Shown piece after piece: positions 27,826 to 37,292 of a DNA stretch of 64,000 bases. Both the position numbers and the translations under genes were made by a program. Location: NCBI GenBank assembly GCA_963755365.1, contig CAVWJV010000012.1:250356-314355 (forward strand), written 5' to 3'. Each line of letters opens with the position of its first letter. The first letter of the stretch is position 1. This DNA is from Terriglobia bacterium. GTDB lineage: Bacteria; Acidobacteriota; Terriglobia; Terriglobales; Acidobacteriaceae. The notes beneath the pieces were generated by a model, which was not told where the DNA came from, searched no databases, and was given only the letters and a program-made list of their open reading frames with translations.

Positions 27826-28134
27826 TCAGGCGGTTGCATCTTCCTCTTCATCATCATCAAGAACCGGCAATTCATAAACGAACGCGGTCGTATGCCGGTA
27901 CAGATCAGGTGCGGCGTGTAGTAGTTCAAAAAGAACAGCGTCACCGCACTTCTGGCATCGCGGGAATCTCTGCCCCTGGATCGCTACCACTTCATGCGGT
28001 AACCGGTGGGCGGAGTGTACCACCAGATAAATCCCCGTTTCCGGAACAACCGCTCCCGTTTCATAAACACTCTGACTCTGCCCCATATCCGAACGGGAGT
28101 CTACCAGATAAGGGCGGGATTTACGGCTCCGCAT
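27826..28134 (-). CDS. small HxxH...CxxC protein, paralogue 3 (acidic tail)
   Basis: ...YETGAVVPETGIYLVVHSAHRLPHEVVAIQGQRFPRCQKCGDAVLFELL...DDDEEEDATA. It is convergent with paralogue 2 and lies downstream of the tRNA on the same strand. Confidence 0.6.
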   Translation of the reverse strand: MRSRKSRPYLVDSRSDMGQSQSVYETGAVVPETGIYLVVHSAHRLPHEVVAIQGQRFPRCQKCGDAVLFELLHAAPDLYRHTTAFVYELPVLDDDEEEDATA

Positions 28135-28223
28135 GGAAAATCAGATGCATCGGAAACGTATCTTTATTGGTCAAGTCGAAAAATTTTGAGAGCTGAATCG
28201 GCTACTCAGGTGCAGGGCGGGAA

Positions 28224-28300
28224 TGGTGCGCCCGGAGAGATTCGAACTCCCGGCCTGTTGCTTCGGAGGCAACCGCTCTATCCAGCTGAGCTACGGGCGC
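28224..28300 (-). tRNA. tRNA-Arg (anticodon CCG), CCA encoded
   Basis: The reverse complement is GCGCCCG-TA-GCTC-AGCTGGATA-GAGC-G-GTTGC-CTCCGAA-GCAAC-AGGCC-GGGAG-TTCGAAT-CTCTC-CGGGCGC-A-CCA. The acceptor stem is perfect at 7 bp, and the anticodon loop is CU-CCG-AA. Confidence 0.92.
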
Positions 28301-28610
28301 AGACTTATCACTGACCTCATGAACACTAGCGCTTAATGATACTGCAAGGGCCGCGAAAAAGGTAATCGGATTCAACGTGCGTCATTCACGGCATATGGGC
28401 GAGGTTGCTGAAAAACCGAAAACGCATCAGCTCCGGCTAAAACCCACTCTGCCATGCGTAGAATGGGCTTTCTGTCTAAGGTCGATCAGTTCCCGAATAT
28501 ATACTTACACGCCATCTAATGTCTGGTACATAACAGACATGGCCGTCAAAAACTGCCTATTCTGACAGTAGACGTACGCGCCCATAATCTTTTATTAGGG
28601 GACACCAGTC

Positions 28611-29240
28611 GTGATTTCACCGATATCTCGTCTACCCTTTCCGCCTGTAAGCAAATACCTGAGTAGCTGGAAAGAGATTGCACAATACTTCAGTCGCGGT
28701 GTGCGCACCGTACAAAGATGGGAAGCTGAGTTAGGCATGCCCGTTCGCCGCCCTCATGGCGGCTCCAGAACTGCGGTGATGGCTATCCGCGAGGAACTTG
28801 ATGCGTGGATGGCCAGCCGGCCAATCCGCAACTCGTCCCTTTCCAATCGAACTGACACCAACGGCCATGAAAATGGCCACGCTCATGAAAATGGCCATGC
28901 TATGGATGGCCTCCATGAACAGCCGCTGGGCGATGTTATACACATCCTGGCCGTGGAAGATGGAACCAGTAACGGGCATCATGATGCCAGCTTCGTGAAA
29001 AAACTGGGTCCGCGTTTGAAGGTGGACACCGTTCGCAACCTGGAATCGGCGCTGTCGCTGCTTAAAGAGATCGACGATGGGAACCGCCCCGAGCCGGATC
29101 TCATTATTCTCGATCAGGTACTCTTCAGCACGATCGCGCACAGGATATTTCGTTCCTGCCAGGCAAATTCCTGCCTGAAAAACGTGCAGATATTGATTCG
29201 TCCATCGATCTTCACACCCATGGGGATACTCGCAGCATGA
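28611..29240 (+). CDS. HTH (excisionase/MerR-like) + His-rich linker + receiver-like domain protein
   Basis: The start is GTG. The N-terminus reads SWKEIAQYFSRGVRTVQRWEAELGMPV, the linker GHENGHAHENGHAMDGLHE, and the C-terminus ILAVEDG...PDLIILD (REC-like). Confidence 0.7.
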   Translation: MISPISRLPFPPVSKYLSSWKEIAQYFSRGVRTVQRWEAELGMPVRRPHGGSRTAVMAIREELDAWMASRPIRNSSLSNRTDTNGHENGHAHENGHAMDGLHEQPLGDVIHILAVEDGTSNGHHDASFVKKLGPRLKVDTVRNLESALSLLKEIDDGNRPEPDLIILDQVLFSTIAHRIFRSCQANSCLKNVQILIRPSIFTPMGILAA

Positions 29241-29297
29241 GTCGTTGAAACAGACGATCGGCCCAATGTGAACTTTCGATGATCCGGAATCAGGCGA

Positions 29298-30005
29298 TCA
29301 CTTTGCCGCGATCAGCAAGAGGGCTCCGATGCGCTTGAAGTCTTTCAGTTCATCCGCATCTTTAAACCACTTGCCGGAGTAAACGTCCGGCGATGGAGTG
29401 CGATCAGGAATGCGGTGTGCCTCGACATTTCTGAACCCATGCTTCGTCAGCAGTGCCACATACTCCGCCTCTGAGCGTGCCTGTACCGGCACCTTGAGTT
29501 CGTTGACCCATCGCAGCGAGTATTGATTGTCCCGGTAAAGATTGATGAGAATAAAAAGACCGGCATCATCGGCCATCACTCGATACAGCTCTTTCAGGGC
29601 CCTGGCCTGGTCCGCGTAGTAATAAAACGACTCAACCGAAAGCACTTTGGTGAAGTAGCTGTCCGGAGAAGGGATTTTCTCCGCCGATCCCCACACATAA
29701 CGAATGTTCTTGAAATCAGAGGAAGCATCTTCAGCTCGATGTAACATCTCATCAGAAACGTCGAGGCCCACGACCTCGCCGGCGGTTGTCATCCGTGCCA
29801 TGCGTCGGGAGGCCCATCCGGTGCCGCAGCCCAGATCGAGAATTCGATCGGATGGCTGGATATCCATGAGGGAAAGCGTCTGGTCAGTGATGTCAGAGTG
29901 ATGGTCTTCCATCTCATCGCCACGACCGGCGGCGGCCCATTGATTAAATTCCTGCTGGAGCTTCTGGTCGGCGGGGGAATTAAGTGCGTCGGCTTTGGTT
30001 TCCAT
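29298..30005 (-). CDS. class I SAM-dependent methyltransferase
   Basis: The 235-aa ORF carries motif I, ILDLGCGTGWASRRMA. Confidence 0.85.
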   Translation of the reverse strand: METKADALNSPADQKLQQEFNQWAAAGRGDEMEDHHSDITDQTLSLMDIQPSDRILDLGCGTGWASRRMARMTTAGEVVGLDVSDEMLHRAEDASSDFKNIRYVWGSAEKIPSPDSYFTKVLSVESFYYYADQARALKELYRVMADDAGLFILINLYRDNQYSLRWVNELKVPVQARSEAEYVALLTKHGFRNVEAHRIPDRTPSPDVYSGKWFKDADELKDFKRIGALLLIAAK

Positions 30006-30076
30006 CCACCTATGCTACATTTGTGAGTTTTATTGCTCAACCCTGAATGCGCATTATGTTTAAGCACTGCACGTTT

Positions 30077-30108
30077 GTTCAACCTTGACTGATGTTCAAC
30101 CTTGACTG
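30077..30108 (+). promoter_or_regulatory. perfect 15-nt direct repeat gttcaaccttgactg (x2, 17-nt period) in a divergent intergenic region
   Basis: The copies are at 30077-30091 and 30094-30108. Each contains a TTGACT -35-like hexamer. Confidence 0.3.
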
Positions 30109-30287
30109 GCATCCTGACATTTATGACGAACCCTGAGAATCCCCCGCAACCTGCTGCTGATGTTCTTTATTGTCCAACTTGCGCACGCGAAATCAAAGAT
30201 CCGCTCATCTGCGGCGACTGTTCCGCCGTAATCTGCCGCACATGCGGCACGCCACTTGAGTCCGCAGCTGACCTGGGAATGGGATAG
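30102..30287 (+). CDS. small Cys-rich zinc-ribbon-like protein
   Basis: YCPTCAREIKDPLICGDCSAVICRTCGTPL provides CxxC...CxxC...CxxC. The start may be at 30123 (MTNPEN). Confidence 0.4.
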   Translation: MTGILTFMTNPENPPQPAADVLYCPTCAREIKDPLICGDCSAVICRTCGTPLESAADLGMG

Positions 30288-30339
30288 GAATCAACACCAA
30301 ACAACCAGCAGAACCGAAAACAGGAATAGGAACTGTCGA

Positions 30340-30669
30340 ATGACGACCATTGTTCTACTGACGATCTCAAACATCTTTATGACCTTTGCGTGGTACGGCC
30401 ATCTGAAATATCAGAACGTGCCGCTCTGGAAAGTCACGCTGGTGAGCTGGGGGATCGCCTTTTTCGAATACTGTTTCCAGGTCCCGGCCAATCGCATCGG
30501 CAGCCACAGCTTCAATCCCGCCCAGCTGAAAACCATCCAGGAAGTCATCACCCTGGTTGTGTTTTCTGTGTTTTCCATTTTCTATCTGGGCGATGACATC
30601 AAGTGGAACCACGCCGTGGGATTTTTCTTCATCGTGCTGGCGGCATTTTTTATTTTTAAGAAGTGGTAA
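30340..30669 (+). CDS. DMT-superfamily small membrane protein (DUF486-like)
   Basis: MTTIVLLTISNIFMTFAWYGHLKY...WGIAFFEYCFQVPANRIG...QLKTIQEVITL. The start is the internal ATG of ORF 30256-30669. Confidence 0.8.
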   Translation: MTTIVLLTISNIFMTFAWYGHLKYQNVPLWKVTLVSWGIAFFEYCFQVPANRIGSHSFNPAQLKTIQEVITLVVFSVFSIFYLGDDIKWNHAVGFFFIVLAAFFIFKKW

Positions 30670-30679
30670 GGAGATGCCT

Positions 30680-31877
30680 TTAGACCGGCGTCTTCGTCTT
30701 CCGTTCTGGATTGAAAAACGGGATCTTCACCACATTTGCTGTGACCTTCTGCCGGACAGCCTCAATCGTGATCTCCATCTGCAACCTGGTTCCAGGCTGG
30801 GCATATGCCGTCTCGATACTGGCCAGCGCGATCATCTTCTTCAAAATCGGCGACCATGTCGTTGTTGTTGCCTTACCTACCTGTTTCGATCCCTGATACA
30901 CCGGAACATGCACACGCGATGCCTGCGACGGAGCGGCCGGCGTCAAGCCGAACTTTTCGTAGCGCTCTTCAATCTCCACCCAATCCATTTCCAGACCCAC
31001 CAGTTGGCGCGCTACGCCCAGTTTTTCCTGCTGCACCAGCGCCGTCTTGCCTACAAAATTCTCTTTGTCCAGGTGCACCATCTTGCCGAAACCAAGCTCA
31101 TACGGTGAGTAGGTCTGGAACGGCGCCAGGGCTTTCTTGCTGCTGATGTAATCCACCTCAATCAACAACAGGCCGGCCTCCGTGCGGGCAACATCAAGCG
31201 CCAGCATTCCCGCGGCGTGTATGTCAAAACGACGACCAGCGTCCATCAACGCATCCCACACGGTGATTGCCTTGTCCCACGGCATCCAGATCTCATAACC
31301 CAGGTCGCCGGTGTACCCGGTACGCGAGATGTCCACAGGTATGCCGGCAATCTTGCCGCTGGTCATGCGGAAATACTTCAAATTCGCGATGTCCGCTTCA
31401 GCGATGCTCTTGAGCAAGGCCCCTGAAGTCGGGCCCTTGCAGGGCCAGCGCTGCCGTTTGTTCCGAGATATCTTCAATCTGAACGGCCATGTTCAGGCCG
31501 TTCTGGCGAAACCAGCGCAGGCTCGGGTCCGCCGCCGTCCAGCGATACTTATTTTCTTCCAGCCTCGTGATCGTCCCGTCATCAATCACCTTACCCTGCT
31601 CATCACACCAGCAGCAGTAGATCACCTGGCCCACTTTTACCTTGTTGATGTCGCGGGTAATCACTCGGTTCACCAGCTTGGTGGCGTCTTTTCCGGTAAT
31701 CAGATACTTGTAGAGCGGAGAAATATCAATCAGCGCGGCAGCATTGCGGATGGCGTTGTATTCGTGCTCATGATGGACTTCATACACGCTTACCGTGTAG
31801 TACCCTGACCACTCGCGATAATTCAGGCTCTGGCACAAGGCGAATGTGCGCTCGTGAAATGCGGTACCAACTGGCAA
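30680..31877 (-). CDS. aminomethyltransferase (GcvT) family protein; one frame break at the gggccc run ~31431-31436
   Basis: ORF 31398-31877 is the N-terminal half (...NAAALIDISPLYKYLITGKDA...AALALQGP). ORF 30680-31477 is the C-terminal half (...GPTSGALLKSIAEADI...RTGYTGDLGYEIW...). Confidence 0.8.
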
Positions 31878-32039
31878 GCGATTACCTCAGGTGTGGACTT
31901 TGAGCGAAGCTCGATTATATTCAGCGCGATTGAGCGCGGCAATTAAGATCGCCGGTGTTAGGATGTTTGCCGCCGGGCTGTCGTGAGTATCCGCTTCTCG
32001 CATCTCAAAACGCCGTTTCGAAAGAGAAACCAACTGTCT

Positions 32040-33282
32040 ATGAAGATACGCAACATTTCCCTGCTGCTGATTCTGCAACTCGCTCTCGCCATAACGTCAG
32101 TTGCCCAAAACGGAGACGAGAAGACCAAAAGCGCCGCGAAGCCTCAGGGCGAACGCCATGAGTTTGTCATCACCAACTTCAAGACGGAGAGCGGCGTGAC
32201 CTTGCCCAAAGCCATCGTTGTTTATGGCACTTACGGGCACCTGAATGCAGCAAAAGATAACGTGGTTTTGCTGCCGTCGCACTACATGGCGGACTTTCAC
32301 GGCTACGAATGGCTGATCGGAGGGGACCTAGCGCTTGATCCCTCAAAGCTTTTTCTCGTCGCCACAGAGCTTGTTCGGCAATGGACATTCTTCCTCGCCC
32401 AGCAACACGCCGGAACCTTTTCACGGCCCTCGCTTTCCCGTTACCACCATCCGTGACAATGTGGAAGCCGTCCATCGCTTGCTGGCAGAAGATTTGAAAG
32501 TCACGCACGTGCGCGCCATTGTCGGCTTCTCCATGGGAGCCGAGCAGGCCTTTCAGTGGGCTGTCAGCTATCCGTCGTTTGCCGAGAAAATCGTCGCAAC
32601 CTCTGGCACCGCGAAATGCTATCCGCATGGAATCGTACGACTGGAAAGCCAGATTGACGCCATCACAGCCGATCCCGCGTTTGCGAATGGTGATTACAAG
32701 ACGCCTCCAACCAAAGGACTCCAGACATTCGGCATTGTCTGGACGGCATGGCTTTTCTCGCAGGAATGGTGGCGCAAAGAACTGTGGCGTCAGGATCCAT
32801 CCATGGGCAAGACGTTTGAAGAAGTGGTGAATAACTTCCACAAAGATTTCATTCCCGGCGCCGACGCCAACGACCTCATTCTCCAGATGCGAACGTGGGA
32901 AAAGCATGACGTCGGCACAACACCCGGATTCAACGGCGACGTCGAGAAAGCTCTTCACTCCATCAAGACGCCAATCCTTTATATGCCATCAGAGACGGAT
33001 CTCTATTTCCCTGTCGGCGACGCGAAATATGAATCCGCTTTTATCCCCGGTGTCACGCTGATGCCGATTCCCTCACTCTGGGGACACACCGCCGGCGCCG
33101 CTCCCAATCCGGCCGACAGTAAATTTTTGAATGACAATATTGGAAAATTTCTGGGAACAAAATCTGTGATCAATGTAAGGATCGATGCTTCGGATGAAAT
33201 TCGCGAGGGTATGTGGACGCAAATCTTAGGGTCGTTACGCAACTGCCGTTGCAGGAACTGTGGAATGACGATGGTCCGTTGA
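32040..33282 (+). CDS. secreted alpha/beta hydrolase (homoserine O-acetyltransferase-like fold); one frame break ~32373
   Basis: The signal peptide is MKIRNISLLLILQLALAITSVAQ. ...KLFLVATEL in ORF 31983-32456 continues as FGNGHSSSPSN...GFSMGAEQAF in ORF 32335-33282. Confidence 0.75.
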
Positions 33283-33310
33283 CCGCAACACGCGAGCGAT
33301 CATCTTACGG

Positions 33311-33559
33311 GTGACAGACATTAAAACCCTGCTACGTGCAGGCCCGGTGCAATTCGTCGTGGCAGATGTCGGCACGAAGTTAGTTTGGATCTCACAAGCA
33401 GACGCCTGTCGGTTCCGGAAGGACGAAGTTACGTCTCACGTGACGACAAACTCTAAAGTTATTCTCGATGATTATCCCGGCGGCTATTGCTATTTCGCCT
33501 CAGCATGGAAAAGGCCGAAAGATCCATCAATCATTGTCCTGCTTGAAAAGTCCCATTAA
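33311..33559 (+). CDS. hypothetical protein
   Basis: This 82-aa ORF starts at GTG. An upstream piece, 33213-33311, in another frame (VDANLRVVTQLPLQELWNDDGPLTATRER..) could be its N-terminus if another indel is present. I recognise no family. Confidence 0.4.
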   Translation: MTDIKTLLRAGPVQFVVADVGTKLVWISQADACRFRKDEVTSHVTTNSKVILDDYPGGYCYFASAWKRPKDPSIIVLLEKSH

Positions 33560-33653
33560 TTAAACACTCCCGCACCGCGACAAGCTCTCCTGCTCCTTTA
33601 AAATAACCAGTCGCTTCCCTGAGTTCACGTTAGCACCATTATTCCCTTAATCT

Positions 33654-35314
33654 ATGCCATCTGTATCCAACGGTTCGAAAACCAAGTACGACGTCATCGT
33701 CATCGGCGGAGGCCACAACGGTCTCACCAACGCCGCGTATCTCGCCCGCGCCGGCAAGAAAGTTCTCGTCCTGGAACGCCGTCACGTCCTCGGCGGCGCT
33801 GCGGTCACTGAAGAAATCTTTCCTGGCTTCAAATTCTCCGTCTGCTCATATGTCGTCTCGCTTGCTTACGGCCGGAGATCATTCGCGACCTCGATCTTCC
33901 CCGCCATGGCCTGGAGATCCTGCCGCTCGACGGCACATTCACGCCGATGCCCAATGGCGATTATCTATGGCGCGTGAACGACCACGGCAAGACGCATCGC
34001 GAGATCGCCCGCCATTCGAAAGTCGACGCCGAAGCCTATGACGAGTTCGGCAAAGCCATGCAGGCAATGTGCCGCTTCGTGAAGCCGATCCTCAGCATGG
34101 TGCCGCCCGATCCGGCAACGCTCAATCCGCGCGAACTGATGAAGATGCTCTTTCTCGGTCGCCGCTTCCAGGGCCTCACCAGCGACGATAAATACAACCA
34201 GGTCCAGCTCATGACCATGAGCGCCATTGATTTCCTGGACCAGTGGTTTGAAACCGACGTTCTCAAAGCCACCATGTCGGCCTCCGGCATCATCGGCACA
34301 TTTCTTGGCGTGCGCTCTCCCGGCACGGCTTACGTCTTGCTCCATCACTACATGGGCGAAATTGACGGCGCGTTCCGTTCCTGGGGCTTTGCCCGCGGTG
34401 GCACCGGAGCAATCTCCAACGCCATCGCCGACGCAGCCCGCGAAGCCGGCGTAGAGATTCGCACGGAAGCTCCAATTGCCAAGATTCTGGTCAAAGGTAA
34501 TCGTGCTCACGGCGTGGTTCTGCAGAATGGTGACGAGATTCTCGGCGACGTCATTTCCTCCAGCGTCGATCCCCGCCTCACCTTCATCAAGTTCCTTGAA
34601 GAAAAGCAGCTTCCTGGTGAATTTCTCGACGAAGTAAAACGCTACAAATTTCGAGGATCGTCCGGCAAAGTCAACATCGCGCTTGATGGCCTGCCCGATT
34701 TCAAGTGCCTTCCCGGCCCAGGCGCACATCTTCGCGGGGCCATCTCCATTTCGCCGTCCGTCGAATACATGGAGCGCGCCTATGACGACGCCAAGTATGG
34801 CAATTTCTCCAGGCGTCCTTACATAGATATGGTGATCCCGTCGCTGACGGATCCATCCGTCGCTCCGCCCGGCAAGCACGTGATGTCATGCTTCGTGCAA
34901 TATGCGCCATACAAATTGAAACCCGGCCTGAACTGGGATGATCAGCGTGAAGCCTTCGGTAACAACGTTATCGACACCATCGCTGACTACGCTCCCAACA
35001 TCAAGAACCTGATCATCAACAAACAGGTCCTTACGCCGCTGGATCTTGAACGAGACTTCGGACTGAGCGAAGGCAACATCTTTCAGGGTGAACTCTCATT
35101 GGAACAACTGTTCTTTCTGCGTCCGGTGCCCGGTTACGCGGCATTCCGCACTCCCATCAAGAACCTCTATATGTGTGGATCGGCGACTCATCCCGGCGGC
35201 GGCATCATGGGCGCACCCGGCCGCCTGGCGGCGCTGGAAATCCTGAAAGATGTAAAAACCACCCCATCGCGCACAAAACCGGCGCGCGCCGGGGACCCCG
35301 GGGGAGCGAGCTAG
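33654..35314 (+). CDS. NAD(P)/FAD-dependent oxidoreductase, phytoene-desaturase (CrtI) family, copy 1; one frame break ~33865
   Basis: [23 protein letters not shown]...[10 protein letters not shown] in ORF 33654-33977 continues as [25 protein letters not shown]... in ORF 33947-35314. Confidence 0.8.
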
Positions 35315-35318
35315 CCAA

Positions 35319-36903
35319 ATGGCCCAGACTCGCGACATTATCATTGTCGGCGGCGGCCACAACGGCCTGGTCACCGCTTTCTATCTTGCCAAAGCCGGAT
35401 TCAAACCGCTGGTGCTGGAGCGCCGCGCGCAAACCGGCGGCGCAGCCATCACAGAAGAATTTCATCCCGGGTTCCGCTGCTCTACCCTCGCGCATTCCGC
35501 CGGACCAATCCTTCCCGAAGTTGTCAGTGACATGCAGTTGGCAAAGCATGGCCTGAAGATCATCACACCGGAAATCGGAGCAACAGCTCTGTCTCCCGAT
35601 GGTCGCGCACTGCGTCTCTATAACGACGTCAAGCGCGCCGCCGAAGAGATCGGTAAGTTTTCCGCCAAAGACGCAACGCAGTATCCACTCCTGCAGGAGT
35701 CATTGCAGAAAATTGGACGCGTGATTGCCGACGCGTTGAAGCTGCCGCCCCCCAACATCGACGATCCCAGCCGCTCCGATCTTTGGGCCATGCTGCAAAC
35801 CGGACGCAGCCTGCGCAAACTTGGCAAGAAAGATATGTACCGACTGCTCCGCTGGGGACCAATGGCCGTGGCCGATCTGGTCGCCGAGTTCTTTGAAACC
35901 GAACTCCTTCGCGCTACCGTTGCCGCGCGCGGAATCTTCGGCACCGCCATGGGCCCATGGTCCGCAGGCAGCAGCCTGGTGCTATTGATTCGTGCCGCAG
36001 GCGACCCGCATCCCGCTGGCTCAGCCAACTTTGCGCTCGGTGGCATCGGCGCAGTCACTCAGGCCATGACGAAAGCAGCCCTCGAAGCCGGCGCGGAAAT
36101 TCGCATTGACGCCGACGTAAAAGAAATACGTGTGAAAGATGGCGTTGCCACCGGTGTGGTCCTTGCCAACGGCGAAGAGATCGAGCGCGAACGCGGTCAT
36201 CTCCAATGCCGACCCGCGACGCACGCTGCTTAAGCTGGTTGATCCCACGCATCTGACTCCAGACTTCGTCATGAAGCTGCAACACTATCGCATGCCCGGC
36301 ACGGTGGCCAAAGTCAATCTTGCACTTTCAGCATTGCCAAATTTCACCGCCCTCAAAGACGATGGCTCAGCCCTCAAAGGACGAATTCACATCGGGCCTG
36401 AAATCGATTACCTGGAGCATGCCTTCGACGAATCAAAGTACGGCAACTTCTCGCCCCATCCGTACCTCGAAATTGCCCTCCCCTCATTGCATGATCCATC
36501 TCTGGCGCCTGCCGGCAAGCATGTGATGTCTGTCTATATGCAATACGCACCGTTCAAACTCAAGGGCACCGATTGGGACGCACAACGTGGCAATCTCGGC
36601 GAAACGGTGGTGAAGAAGTTGAGCGAATATGCTCCCGGCATCGCCGAGCTGATCGAAGAAGGCCAGATCATCACGCCCAAGGATCTCGAAGAAACCTACG
36701 GCCTCACCAACGGACACATCTTCCACGGCGAACTGGCGCTCGACCAGTTCTTCACTATGCGTCCGCTTCTCGACTGGGCCCGCTATCGGACTCCCATCCA
36801 GAATCTCTATCTATGCGGTTCCGGCACGCACCCCGGCGCAGGCTTAACCGGCGGCTCAGGCGCGAATGCGGCAAGAGAGATTGCCAAGGAGTTGCGAAAG
36901 TAA
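35319..36903 (+). CDS. NAD(P)/FAD-dependent oxidoreductase, CrtI family, copy 2 (tandem paralogue); one frame break ~36185
   Basis: DIIIVGGGHNGLVTAFYLAKAG...VVLANGEEI in ORF 35319-36233 continues as SANAVISNADPRRTLLKLVDP... in ORF 36139-36903. Confidence 0.8.
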
Positions 36904-36914
36904 AGAGCAACACC

Positions 36915-36946
36915 TTACCACGGAGACACAGAGGCACGGAGAAAAG
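36915..36946. repeat. intergenic repeat family A copy (diverged)
   Basis: ttaccacggagacacagaggcacggagaaaag lies 12 nt after the stop of the preceding gene. Confidence 0.6.
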
Positions 36947-36985
36947 CAGAACACTATTAGTTCCGGTCGCCCACACCTTTGAGCA

Positions 36986-37255
36986 ATGGGAAAATCCTTT
37001 TTAACTCGGGCACACTACGTTGGTTTGTCTGTTTCGGCAACAATCTTTGCTGTGACGAACTACATCAATTTTCATCGTCCCGTTACTTGTTGGGATTGTC
37101 GTTTTCCGTATGGCGTACCCTTCACCTTTTGGCAGGACGGCGGATTCGCAGGCGATCGAGGCTTTGTGTTGACAGGCGCCGTAGCAAACCCAATCGTGGT
37201 TATCGCCGGCGGGATTGCACTGGGCTGGATCTGGACCAAGTTTTTTCAACGCTGA
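36986..37255 (+). CDS. small membrane protein
   Basis: The 89-aa ORF has two hydrophobic segments and a CWDC motif. I recognise no family. Confidence 0.45.
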   Translation: MGKSFLTRAHYVGLSVSATIFAVTNYINFHRPVTCWDCRFPYGVPFTFWQDGGFAGDRGFVLTGAVANPIVVIAGGIALGWIWTKFFQR

Positions 37256-37292
37256 TCGGCTGAAAATGTTGCACAATTGAGTAGGAACTCAG

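Noticed and set aside
27800-29300. Genomic island integrated at tRNA-Arg
   Set aside because: There is no integrase, and I saw no duplicated tRNA 3' end in the neighbourhood. The flanking genes do not look phage- or ICE-derived.
32179-32958. 259-aa minus-strand ORF (and similarly 33965-34879, 62405-63091, 15814-16374, 5435-5992, 172-618)
   Set aside because: Each lies antisense within a gene that has clear family motifs on the other strand.
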